Of a stretch of 64,000 bases of DNA, positions 45,500 to 56,045 are shown one piece after another; position 1 is the stretch's first letter, and every line of letters starts with the position of its first letter. Origin of the DNA: Neophaeotheca triangularis (Eukaryota). The stretch covers positions 434,001 to 498,000 of the forward strand of contig BAAIJX010000010.1 of assembly GCA_054600435.1 (NCBI GenBank), read 5' to 3'. Below the pieces are notes generated by a model that made no database searches, was not told where the DNA came from, and worked only from the letters and a program-made list of their open reading frames with translations. The position numbers were made by a program, and so were the translations under genes.

Positions 45500-47423
45500 A
45501 TGAACAGGGCTCTTGCTTTGCTAGGGCTTACACCTAGACAAACTCCACAAAGAAGAGAGAACATTCCCGAGCAGTCAGAGCAGACGAACGAGGAAGAAGC
45601 CGTCGACAACCCTGCTGTCCAGAACAGCTATACCAATGTACCCAACATCGTGGACTATGTGTTCGGCGGAGACGGCAATGCGGACAAGGAGGTAAGTCGC
45701 AGAATATGTACAGAACAGCAACGAGAGCTAGCGCTAACTCTTGCAGGTGTTGATCGATCCAGAGAACCCCAGTCGTTCCATCACCAAGCGCCTTGCTATG
45801 CATATGGTCGATGAGCTGACCGGAAAATTCGAGGAAGGTAGTACTGTCTGCATGCATATCAGCAACGACGTAAGTTATCATTATACAGTCTTCCAACACA
45901 GGGTCAACGCTAATCAGTAGCAGGTTCTTTACCCTGTCCTATACCTCGCTATCCTAGCTTCGAATGCTAAATGGCAAGGCACCAACACGGCTTACACGCC
46001 TAGCGAGCTGGGATATTTGCTCGGAATTAGCCAGGCAAGCTACATCATCACGGAAGAAGCGTTCGTCGACAACGTCCAGTCCTCGATCCAAGCCAGCGGC
46101 ATCGATGCGAAAATCATCATCTTCACGGACATCTTGCGATCCGACCCCCCGCCCAATACCACCGATTCAAACCCTCGCCACGAAACCCTCCACGATCTTC
46201 TCACCAGCCCCAAACCCAACAAACCCAAACCAACAATCGACATCGACGCCCCACTCATCCTAATGGCAACGAGTGGTACCACAGGCTTTCCCAAACTCGC
46301 CGCCCGCAGCCACCGCAGCATCGTCCTCGAAAGCCTAGCTATCCAAGACCCCGTCGCCAAACCCTACCCGATCCGCCGCCTCTTCTGCACCCCAATCTTC
46401 CACGCCTTCTCCTCACCTCTAATGCTCCTAGCCCCTCTGCGCGAAAACCACACAACCTACATAATGCGGCGCTTCAACCCAACAACCTTCCCCGAATACA
46501 TCGACAGATACCAAATCACCGAAACCGCAGGAGCACCGGCTATGCTGCAAAAGCTATGCGAGCTCGATGCCAAGACAAAGAGCAAACTCCACTCCCTACA
46601 CCTAATCTGGACAGGAGGCGCTCCACTCACGCCAGCCCTCGAGCAGAAATTCCTCGCCCTCTTCCCCTCCTCCACCTGCCACAAAACCCGCCTCGTCCCC
46701 GTCTGGGGCATGACGGAAGGTGGCTGGTTCAGCACCGTCAAATTCCACCCAGCGCTACTCCAAACCTCCCCGCCGCCTCCCCGCCCTATCACCCAGGACA
46801 CTCCGACCCCAACCACAACAACCATCGGCCCCCTCCTACCCAGCCACACCCTCAGACTCCTCCTCCCCTCCAACCCCCTCCTCTCCCCCACCGGCGAACC
46901 CATCGGCGAACTCCTAATCGCCTCCCCAACCCTCATGACCCACTACCACCGCGCCCCAGCCGCCACAGTCAGCGCTTTCCACCCCCCTACCGCGACTTCC
47001 CAGCGTTGGCTCAAGACCGGCGATCTGGGGTACTACACCCGCCCCACCGGCCAACTGCACTTGGTAGGCAGGGCGAAAGAAGTCATGAAGATAAATGGTT
47101 TCCAAGTCTCGCCGGAGGAGATCGAGGCGGCTGTTGCGGCCTGGAGTGGTGTAAGAGATGTGGGAGTCGTCGGGGTCAGAGTCGGTGATGCAGAGGGTGG
47201 AGAGAGGGGGGTTGTTTTTGTCGTTTTGGAGGATCGCGTCGGCGGCGAGGCCGAGGTTGGTGTGCGTGCTTCTGCGGACTGGGATGAGCAGGGTTTGCGA
47301 AGTTTTCTGCGGGCGCGGTTGGCGGGGTACAAGGTTAGGGGGTTGGAGTTTCGCAGGGTCGGGGCGCTGCCGAGGAGTGTGGCGGGGAAGGTTTTGAGGG
47401 GGGAGTTGAGGGCGATGGTGTAG
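45500..47423 (+). CDS. AMP-dependent acyl-CoA synthetase (4-coumarate-CoA ligase-like)
   Basis: Exons 45500-45691, 45747-45869 and 45924-47423 join in frame. Motifs TSGTTGFPK, WGMTEGG, WLKTGDLG, GRAKEVMKINGFQVSPEEIE and LPRSVAGKVLR. Confidence 0.9.
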
Positions 47424-48032
47424 GGGTTGTGTTATCGCCCGGAAGAGGAGGAGGGATAGGGGGACCGGGAGGTGGAGGCTTTCGTTTTGAATAAGAGCGG
47501 TAGAACCGCCAGGCTACTACCAAGCGCCCATCCAACAGCTGGAAACCCCCCACCAAAAAAACCAAAAAAACCAAAAAAAAAAAAAAAAACCACCGAACCA
47601 AAGCTCTCACCAGAAGATCCTACGGCGACGGAGCAAGCACACACGAGTAAATCTCCGCAGCGCTTGCAGTGACAGCAAAAAGAAGTAAACAAAAAAGGGA
47701 AAAGGAAAATCGAGGTGACTTGGGAAACGGAAAGGGAGGGAGCGAGAGAGAGCAGGATGTAGCACTTGCTGCTTTGGGGACGTGATGTTTAGTTTGAGGA
47801 GGGGCTTGGTTGAGGTTTACGTTTATCATACGCTGCCGGCTAGTGAGGGGATGAGAGCGAGGGAGTGGGACAAATCGAGGGATATGTGGATGGATGAATG
47901 GATAAAGGGATGGAGGGATAGGTAGGTGGAGGGATGGGTGGAAGGGGGGAGGGAGGGAGGGAGAGAGGGAGGGAGAGAGGCAGTCTTTACATTTCTACAT
48001 GCCAAAGGACGGGGCAATTCACAACGTCAAGC

Positions 48033-51000
48033 TCACGCTTTCGTCCCTTCGTTATCTCCACTGCTCTTCTCACTGCCCTCTGGCTTTTTACTCTGCTCTC
48101 CATCTTGTTTCCCTCCAACACCCTTCTCACTGTCCTCCTTCCCCTTCCCTCGCTCCTGCTCCTCCCCTTTCCCCTCCTTCTCCTTCCCCTTCCCTCCCTT
48201 CCCCCTATCATCATCATCATCATCCCCCCCAAGCCTTCCTACAGCCCCCTCCCCAACCCTCCCCACCAACCCCGCAAACCCTTCCAACCTCCCTAACCTC
48301 TCCTCAAACACCCGCACATCCCTCCTCAACCCACTCCTCCCCTCCTTCGAGCCCGGAACCCCCAGATTCCCAAAGACACCCCTCCACTGCTCCAAATACC
48401 GCTCACACAGTTGGCGGCAAATGAACCTGACCTCGCCTTCCGCTAAAAGGCGCGTGAGGACGCGGTGGAGGGTTGTGGTTTCTTTGATAAGGGTTTCGAT
48501 AGGGGGGGAAGCGGTGGCGGTTTGGGTTGAGGTGCCGGTGTGGTCGTAGTTGATTTGGGCTAGGGCTTTGGCGTGCGCGGCGGATCGCGAGGTCATGATG
48601 TCGACGAGTTTGTCGTGGATGCTGGTTTGGTGGTCGCTGTAGACGCGGCGCATTTTGTCGAAATCGGCGAGGGGATTAGTTGCGCTGCTGTTGCTGTTGC
48701 TGTTAGTATTGCTGTCGACGGCTTGGGCGGACTTGTTGGCGGAGTTTTGGGTTTGATCGCGCGGGAGGTGGCGGCGCACCCCTTCTCGGAGGTAGGGGAG
48801 TAAACCCTGGCCTACGAAACCGAGGCTTTGGCTCGCAAGAGCGAGGTGTTTGGTTGTGATGTTCTTGAGGCCAGCGATTTTGGTGGCGCCTGCACCAAGG
48901 ATGAGTTGGTGGGTGCGGGAGTTGAAAGTGCGGAGGACGTCTAGGAGGGCTGTGGCGAGGGCCGGGGTGTAGGAGGGGAGTTTGGCTGTTAGGGAGAGGA
49001 AAAGGGTGAGGGTCGGGAGGAGGGCGGCGGTTGATGGGACAAGGACGTAGGACGTTGAGTCGTTCAGGCGCGCGGGAGTGGGTGGTGCGCGGGAGCCGCC
49101 GGGGGTGAGAGCGGGAGTTGCGTTGCCGTTGGGGACGGCGAGATGGTTGTTGGTAGGAAGTTCTTCCACAGCGGGCAGAGGTTCCCAGATGGGTTTTGCG
49201 GCCGACCACTCGGGAGGGTCTTTCTCGATGCACATGAGGATTTGCTGGAGGTGTTCTTGTCCTTCGGCTCCGAAATTCTTGGCTTCCCAGCTTTCTTCGT
49301 CGAGCATTTTGGCCACCCGCTCCGTTTCACTCTGCGCGAGCACTTGGACGAACCCGGAAATCTGCGCGTTGATGATGGCTTTGAGTGCTTGGCCGGAGCG
49401 GCCAGATACGGCCTCACATTCGTCAACGAAAAGCCGGTTGAGAGTGAAGTAGCGAAGAAATCTCGCTGGTGGAAGCCGGATGCTCTGTTCGTTGCGGACT
49501 TTGAGGATGCGATTGATTTGTGTGTGGACGGCATCGACAGCCTGGCCGAGAAGACTGGACATGTCCATCGTCTGGAAGAGGTCTTCTTGGGGTTTAGGTC
49601 TTGATGAGGGCGCAATCTGCGAGTCAATGGATGAAGGGTTGGGGGATTTGGGAGGTGAGCTCGTGGCGTTCGAGGGTTGCGCTATGCTGCTGGTCACGTC
49701 GAGTAGCACTTTTGTTTGAGTACTTATCCGTCGCAGCGCCTCGCCGACTGAGGTGTAGATTTTGACAAGCATGGCTTCGAAATCTTCCGTATCCATCGCA
49801 CGGAGGTTGCGGGCTAACATGGCTGACTTGTCTGAACCGGACAGCTTGCTACCAGCACCTCGCGACATGGTCGAGACAGTGCTGTCTGCGTCGTCATCGT
49901 TGCTGCTTGGTAGTTGTCGTCGGATTAATGCCTTCATTTCCTTCATAGCTGCTTCCCTGAATGCTGTCGTTGCGGCAGCTGTATGTTGTGCCCGTGCTAA
50001 ACCATCCAGACTGGCCAGCAAATCCTTCCTTAGTTGCGGCGAAGTTTCCATGTATACTGGGGAGATGCCTCTTTGTCGTGACCATCGCTTCAACGTATCC
50101 TCTGATGGTACTTTCTCAGAGTGTTGTCGCAGGTCTTCAATCAGTGTTCTTGTGAAGCGATTGGCGAAACCCGCCCCGATACGATACTGCAGCTCCTGCA
50201 TGCTGGAATCAAGCCCTTGCAGGGCCTTCAAAGGTCGCAAATCGAGCAACTCCCCACCCCCATCATCCGGCTTAGCTTGTCCGCAAATAAGCTTTCCAAT
50301 CCTGTCCATCTGATCCGCCGCCTCATTGTACAGCCCGTCATCAACAAGCTCGTCCGCACGCCTCGCATCCTCGACAACTCTATGCACCTGTGCAGTAGCC
50401 TTTTCCAGCTTGCGCACATTCTCCATTCGCCGCCTCTTAGCCGCAACCTCTAACCCACCCATTGCAACATCCTTGTCAAGCTTCCGCAAATCCTCCCTCA
50501 ACCCTTTAATTTTTGTCACGCTCTCTTCCGCCTCCGTCTGCAGCTCTCTCAGACTCCCCAAAGCGGCGAAGAATCCCGTACTCGCCGTGCTAATGCTGTT
50601 GATCAGATGTACTTCCACAGTATCCATGTACCAGCTCAGCTTCTCCTGCAAGATAGCATTCGTAGCCAGGGATTTCCTCGGAGGCAGCGTAGAGCCGTTT
50701 GCACCTTTCTGCGGTTCAGCCGCTGGTGTGCCAGGTGGCGGACGTACAATTTCGGCGCGTTCGGAGACTACGCCGAAAGTTCGGGGGTTCTCAAGTTTGA
50801 AGTTTTCGTCAAAGTAGACGTTTGGGATAGTGTTGAGGGGTGTAGGTTCGTTGCGTCTTCTTCTTCGTTGTGCGCTGGAGCGACGACGGCTCTGGTTGGG
50901 TGATTCTAGGGGGGAGAGTACGGACGACTCCCGCCGGTTGAAAGTGGGTGAAGTTGGACTATCCGTGGGCCGTAACCGGTCATCCCAAGCGTCGCCGGAG

Positions 51001-51518
51001 CGATCGACGTCTCCTTGCTCGCCATCCTTCTTCGTCCAGGGGGTTTGTTCAGGCTCGTTACGGGCGCGTTGGAAAGTCTCGAATAGCGGCGCAATGCGGT
51101 TTAGGTAGTCTCGGAAGCGTTCTGGTGGAACGTGAGGGACGTTTGATAATGTTACAGGAGGAATATCGCGGGTAGAAGGTGGTTTGTATCCAGCGCCAGC
51201 AGATTGTTGGGTGTGTGGGAGTAGGCCAGTCTTAACAATAGGCGGCTGTAGTAATGTCGAGATGGCATTCTGGCTGGTTTCGCGAACTGAGCTGTTCCTT
51301 CGCTCCCGATTGTGGGAATTTGTGTCTAATGCGCCCCCTATGGAGGTACCAGAGATGCTACTAGCTGCACTTCCTCTTCGCGGTTGGTATCGGATTGGGG
51401 GTGGTCCAGAGTACGAGTCTTGGCGAGGGAAGGGGAAGGCGGAGCGCTGGGAGGTGGGGGAGGTGAGGTCGGAGTCGCTGGCTATGCTGAAGCGCGGCGA
51501 CGAGGAGGAGGCCATCAC
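48033..51518 (-). CDS. VPS54: GARP complex subunit Vps54
   Basis: PPSTRDIPPVTL, ILQEKLSWYMDTVEVHLINSISTASTGFFAALGSLRELQ and FNSRTHQLILGAGATKIAGLKNITTKHLALASQ. The first ATG is the second codon of the listed ORF. Confidence 0.95.
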   Translation of the reverse strand: MMASSSSPRFSIASDSDLTSPTSQRSAFPFPRQDSYSGPPPIRYQPRRGSAASSISGTSIGGALDTNSHNRERRNSSVRETSQNAISTLLQPPIVKTGLLPHTQQSAGAGYKPPSTRDIPPVTLSNVPHVPPERFRDYLNRIAPLFETFQRARNEPEQTPWTKKDGEQGDVDRSGDAWDDRLRPTDSPTSPTFNRRESSVLSPLESPNQSRRRSSAQRRRRRNEPTPLNTIPNVYFDENFKLENPRTFGVVSERAEIVRPPPGTPAAEPQKGANGSTLPPRKSLATNAILQEKLSWYMDTVEVHLINSISTASTGFFAALGSLRELQTEAEESVTKIKGLREDLRKLDKDVAMGGLEVAAKRRRMENVRKLEKATAQVHRVVEDARRADELVDDGLYNEAADQMDRIGKLICGQAKPDDGGGELLDLRPLKALQGLDSSMQELQYRIGAGFANRFTRTLIEDLRQHSEKVPSEDTLKRWSRQRGISPVYMETSPQLRKDLLASLDGLARAQHTAAATTAFREAAMKEMKALIRRQLPSSNDDDADSTVSTMSRGAGSKLSGSDKSAMLARNLRAMDTEDFEAMLVKIYTSVGEALRRISTQTKVLLDVTSSIAQPSNATSSPPKSPNPSSIDSQIAPSSRPKPQEDLFQTMDMSSLLGQAVDAVHTQINRILKVRNEQSIRLPPARFLRYFTLNRLFVDECEAVSGRSGQALKAIINAQISGFVQVLAQSETERVAKMLDEESWEAKNFGAEGQEHLQQILMCIEKDPPEWSAAKPIWEPLPAVEELPTNNHLAVPNGNATPALTPGGSRAPPTPARLNDSTSYVLVPSTAALLPTLTLFLSLTAKLPSYTPALATALLDVLRTFNSRTHQLILGAGATKIAGLKNITTKHLALASQSLGFVGQGLLPYLREGVRRHLPRDQTQNSANKSAQAVDSNTNSNSNSSATNPLADFDKMRRVYSDHQTSIHDKLVDIMTSRSAAHAKALAQINYDHTGTSTQTATASPPIETLIKETTTLHRVLTRLLAEGEVRFICRQLCERYLEQWRGVFGNLGVPGSKEGRSGLRRDVRVFEERLGRLEGFAGLVGRVGEGAVGRLGGDDDDDDRGKGGKGKEKEGKGEEQERGKGKEDSEKGVGGKQDGEQSKKPEGSEKSSGDNEGTKA

Positions 51519-52305
51519 CCGGAAGGAAAGGAGAGAGGAAGTGTGTGTTGTTATTAATTAAGGTAGGTAGGTAGATAGTCGAGAGACATCAACTTCCACA
51601 TTCGGCTTCCCTCCCTCTGCCACGCTCACTCAATAGGAGGCAACGTCAATCAAGTCAATCTCGCTGCAGCTGGCGCTGGGCTGGGCAACGTCGGGCATCG
51701 GCAAGTCTAGCTCCGAAGACGGTCACCTACACATACCTACCTACACATACCTAGTGCTATATAGCTTCATGTCCCGCGCGCCTAGTACGTGCATATCTAT
51801 TCTTCGCTCAACTACGATACCTTAACGGACAACCTTGAAGTCAACGGTAACTTAGAAATACTAGTATCAACCTTTTGAAGCGACGGCAACTGTGTTAGGA
51901 CTGCTGTTTTGTCCGATAACGTGTCGTTAGCAGCGATTCGAGTTGCCACGTCCGCTATTATCATGGTTATACTCCAAGTCTAGCGATGCTGCCGTTCTGG
52001 TCGAGACCATGTCTATTAGTCGTAAGAATAGAGGCTGGGCTTTCGAGGAGTGAGGGCAAAATAATCCCAAGGGGTACTGAATCTCTTACATCCGTATATG
52101 GTCATGTTTATATATGACCCTCATGGTGATGTCATTTCATGCCTCGATCGACCTCACAGAAACCTATCGTAGCTTGAGGTTGTCTACGCACAAACAACTA
52201 ACTGCCACAACCGCAACAATCCCATCAACATCAAACCTCAATCGGCCTCGAATCGAATAGACTGGCCCGAACGAACTTCCCGGATCAACAAACCAACGAG
52301 CAACA

Positions 52306-52641
52306 ATGTCGCTCCCAACCAAATCCCTCCGCTCCCTCAGCACCATCCGCCCCCGAGCCATCAATTCGCCACCCCGCGCCCTCTTCTCGACAACGACCAC
52401 CAAAGCAGCCGACCCTCCCCCAAGCAACCAACCACCGTCTGCCAAACAAGCAAACAGAGACTCCCACGTAGCCTCGGACGAGCAATCATCGGCTTCCCAG
52501 AGCGAGAACAAAACCGGCGACGACCATCCCGCCAAGCAACCGGACCCGCAGACCGCTAGCGATCGAAGCACGGGTTTCAAGGAGGGCACTCCTGAGGTTA
52601 AAGGCGGCAAAGCGGGTTTGGGGCAGAGGAGTGATCGATGA
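52306..52641 (+). CDS. Small hydrophilic protein with a mitochondrial presequence-like N-terminus
   Basis: MSLPTKSLRSLSTIRPRAINSPPRALFSTTTTK is R/S/L-rich with no acidic residues. acaATG context and upstream TATATA near 52109. Confidence 0.7.
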   Translation: MSLPTKSLRSLSTIRPRAINSPPRALFSTTTTKAADPPPSNQPPSAKQANRDSHVASDEQSSASQSENKTGDDHPAKQPDPQTASDRSTGFKEGTPEVKGGKAGLGQRSDR

Positions 52642-52763
52642 GTTGAAGCATCAGGACGCAGTATTTTATCTGACGCCCGCAAGCCAGAACAGTGTAAGGA
52701 ATATGTACTGTATCGGTATTCTCGTCGCATTCCCAACTTTGCTTCATGACCAGAGTTTGACCT

Positions 52764-54587
52764 CTACTTATACCTCAGCCCGTGCCCATACTCGAACAGC
52801 GGCTTCTTGGTATCAAACGGCAGATCTTCCTTCGAATTTTCCACCCACTTATGCTTCGAGGGCAAGTCAAAAGGGAGCCGCCCTTCCGGAGCAGCGCCAT
52901 TGACGTTGAAAATGACATCAAGCAGGGCTTCGGGGCTGCTGCCGTAGCTGGCAAAGACAGCCTTGGCCTTTTTGGCAATCTCGGGGATCACTGCCGGACG
53001 GTTCATCTTGATATCCACGATGGTTGGTACTGCGTTGTAGATTTTCTTCTGACGCTTCTGTTCTTCCTTGTCGAATTCGAGGGAGCCGTTGTTGATGGCT
53101 GCTGCGGCGGGCCAGGCAGGATCCGGGGGGCCGAAAGGCGACACAAGTCTTAAAATGGCGACATCTGCTTTCGTAGGGGTATCGACGACTTGTAGACCCC
53201 GTGCTTGGAGTGAGCTTTCCGGAATATTCTCCGCGTAGACTTTGAGGGCCTTGCCCTTCTTGCTTTCTCGAAGGGGGAGGAACTTCTTGTCGTTAGTCAG
53301 GAGCGTCATGGACCGCCTTTGAGAGTCCATGCCCAGACGCCTGAATTCCTCGTTATCGATGATTTGAGCAGCTGCCTCTTTATCCGAGTAAGGGTTGTCG
53401 AAGAGCCCTAGCTCGAACTTCTGCTTAAGGAGCTTACGAACCGATTCGTCGATTCGCGACTCGTTGAGCAGACCCTTGCCTACGAGCGACACGATGTTTG
53501 ACGGACTGGATTCTCCACCGATGATGTCGACGCCAGCCTCAACGGCGAACCAAGTGCGCTCTTCGACCGACTTGTCTTCGAGACCCCAGGGAGCGATGGA
53601 CAGGATGCCAAAGTCGGTGAGGATGATGCCCTCGAAGCCCATTTGGTTCTTCAAAAGACCCGTGATGACGGGCTTGTTAAACGCAAAGCCAATGTTCTCC
53701 CACTCGGGATTGCCCTTTGGTCGCGAGTAGTACGGCATGACCTGCGGAGCGCCCGCGTCGATGGCTGCCTGGAAGGGAATCAGATGCTCTTCGAGGTTGT
53801 TTCCGGGCCAAACGGTGTTAGTACCCCAGGGAAAATGGGCATCTTCGCCATTTTCCTGCGCTCCCGCGCCAGGGAAATGCTTGACGGTTGCGATGACCGA
53901 GTCTTTAATGCCTCCCTGGCCGCGGAAGCCCGCAAGCATGGAGACTACAAAGCTGCTCGTGAGGCTTGAGTCTTCGCCGAGTGTCGCCCCGAACCGACCC
54001 CAACGAGGCTCGGTGGCGAGATCGACTTGAGGGTAGAGCACTTGGCGGAGGCCCACAGCGGCTAGCTCTTGGCGTACGACGTCTGCATACTGCCGAGCAA
54101 AGTCGGGATCGCGTAGTGCTGCCAATCCCATGGGCTCGGTCCACCTGGACAGGGCCCTGCCGATGTTTCCAGTGACGGTATCCTGGGTCCAGCCGTGTTG
54201 AGGATCGGTGGAGAAAGTGATTGGGATGCCGAGACGAGTGCTAGCCGCCAACTCCTGCACGTCGTTGTGCCAGTCGATGAAGGCGTCGACATCGTTGATA
54301 CCGCCTTGATAGACAAAATGCGAGATGAACTTGTTGGCGATGTTGTTGCGAGTATTGGTTTGACCGTTTGCGCTCTGGAGGGCACGCGCGTGGTACATTT
54401 GCCCGGCTTTTTCCTCGATAGTCATGCGGGAGAGGAGGTCGTCGAGGCGGTCATCAATGGACAAGCTGGCATCTCTATACGGCCAGCAACTGCTATCGGT
54501 CGAGTTTTTATCGGCACATGATTGCGCGTGCGTAAGAGCTACCCAGTTCGAAGCAACTTGGAGCGCTGTCAATAGCAAGATTTTCAT
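52764..54587 (-). CDS. Secreted GH3 beta-glucosidase-like glycoside hydrolase
   Basis: Signal peptide MKILLLTALQVASNWVALTHA from ATG 54587, then LLSRMTIEEKAGQM, RLGIP, DLATEPRWGR, VKHFPG, nucleophile region ILTDFG and GRLPFDLP. Intronless. Confidence 0.93.
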   Translation of the reverse strand: MKILLLTALQVASNWVALTHAQSCADKNSTDSSCWPYRDASLSIDDRLDDLLSRMTIEEKAGQMYHARALQSANGQTNTRNNIANKFISHFVYQGGINDVDAFIDWHNDVQELAASTRLGIPITFSTDPQHGWTQDTVTGNIGRALSRWTEPMGLAALRDPDFARQYADVVRQELAAVGLRQVLYPQVDLATEPRWGRFGATLGEDSSLTSSFVVSMLAGFRGQGGIKDSVIATVKHFPGAGAQENGEDAHFPWGTNTVWPGNNLEEHLIPFQAAIDAGAPQVMPYYSRPKGNPEWENIGFAFNKPVITGLLKNQMGFEGIILTDFGILSIAPWGLEDKSVEERTWFAVEAGVDIIGGESSPSNIVSLVGKGLLNESRIDESVRKLLKQKFELGLFDNPYSDKEAAAQIIDNEEFRRLGMDSQRRSMTLLTNDKKFLPLRESKKGKALKVYAENIPESSLQARGLQVVDTPTKADVAILRLVSPFGPPDPAWPAAAAINNGSLEFDKEEQKRQKKIYNAVPTIVDIKMNRPAVIPEIAKKAKAVFASYGSSPEALLDVIFNVNGAAPEGRLPFDLPSKHKWVENSKEDLPFDTKKPLFEYGHGLRYK

Positions 54588-56045
54588 GTTGGCGAGTAAC
54601 GAGCTTGGTTGTGGAAAGGGGGTTTGGTGGAGAGATGCGAGGTCCTGCAAACTGCGGAGGCACTCGCAACTGAAGTAGTTATATTTTTTCAGCAACACCC
54701 TCCCGCTGAGCTTTTGTCTCCCAAATGCCTTCAATCGGTCTCGAATGCTCCATTTTTCTTGCCGTCAAGTTTGCTGGCGAGGTCAAGGGGAGACCGCAGG
54801 ATGGCGAGGCGCTCAATTCCACTACTAGCTACTTCTTAAGTCCAATAGTCCTTAACAGTCCAAGCCTCTCATGTAGGGCTAGTAGCGGGTAGCACCCCTT
54901 GCTAAGTTTTTGGGAAATCTACTACCCGCAAAGTAGCGATATGGGACGGCAAATATGCTATCCATTCGCTGCTGAACAGCGCGACCTCACAGGAACATGT
55001 AATAATTTCAATTGCCGCGATTTCGAAGGGCTCTACCGCAGTGGAGCACGTACAGAACCCCATGGGGCCAAGCATGGCTCAAGGCACTCAGTCACGGCGT
55101 TGAGGGCACTGGTCGCCCACCACTGCATGCCTCACCCACAGCCCGGCATATGAAGTCAACCTGGAAGTCTTGGTGAGAATACCAAGATATCCAGCCAATG
55201 CCACGGCAATCCTGATGTAGCAAAGCTGCCGTGTCTGGGCTCTGAGAAGGCGTATTGGCGTTGAACAAGCAGGGACTACCTCGGTGCAGTGTCAGCTTCA
55301 TTCATCCTGGACAACGTTTTGAAGATAGGAATGATTGAGTGCTATCTTTGCAGCTATCGATAGGACACCCAGTATGAGGTTCAGATCCCAAATTCATGGT
55401 CGAATCGTGGAGACTCCACGTTCCAGCATGTGTGAGTCCGGTACATCGGATCGATTGAGGGGCCCCAGAACAACTATCCTTGCGGCCGAATCGTGATCTT
55501 CAATTACAGACTGCATTGGTACAGTATGTTGTGGACACTTTGGCCGCATGGTCTAGGAGCTCAATGCCAAGTCAAGAAGAGCCCGAGTTTCCCGAAGCAA
55601 GGCTCGGGAGGGCTCGCAATATAAGTGACACCACGATGCTATACAAGATAGTTAGGCATCTCAGCACCTGTTTGACTCTGATCATTCTACCGATGATGTA
55701 TACAAATTGTGGTTGGAGGGCTCATAGGCTGTAATCGACGCTATCGATTTCCTCCAGTAACAAAAGTACGCTAGATTGGAAACAATAGTCCTCGCCTCAA
55801 AGTTCTTCAACGTGGCACTGAGGGAACGGACTGGAGGAAAGTTCTAGGTCTTCGCGACTTCGGATGTCATGCTTCGAGTCCGGACTATGCTCTAAGCATG
55901 CGGTTCATCCTTCAACACAACCCCAGCATCGAATGGACGAGCATTGGCTGGCTACACCGCACATTGCGGAGACGCCATCGAGACGCATGCCGGGCTTGCG
56001 GTGCGATGCCAAAAACTTCTTCTATCCACCAGGCCCGCCGCCTCG

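Noticed and set aside
47540..47985. A-tracts and GGAT/GGGA repeats between the CoA ligase and VPS54; (TAC)n runs near 13160, 14890 and 22315; 12-bp x3 SVNG repeat at 26007-26042
   Set aside because: Ordinary microsatellites and slippage repeats with no spacer structure, so not CRISPR-like or mobile.
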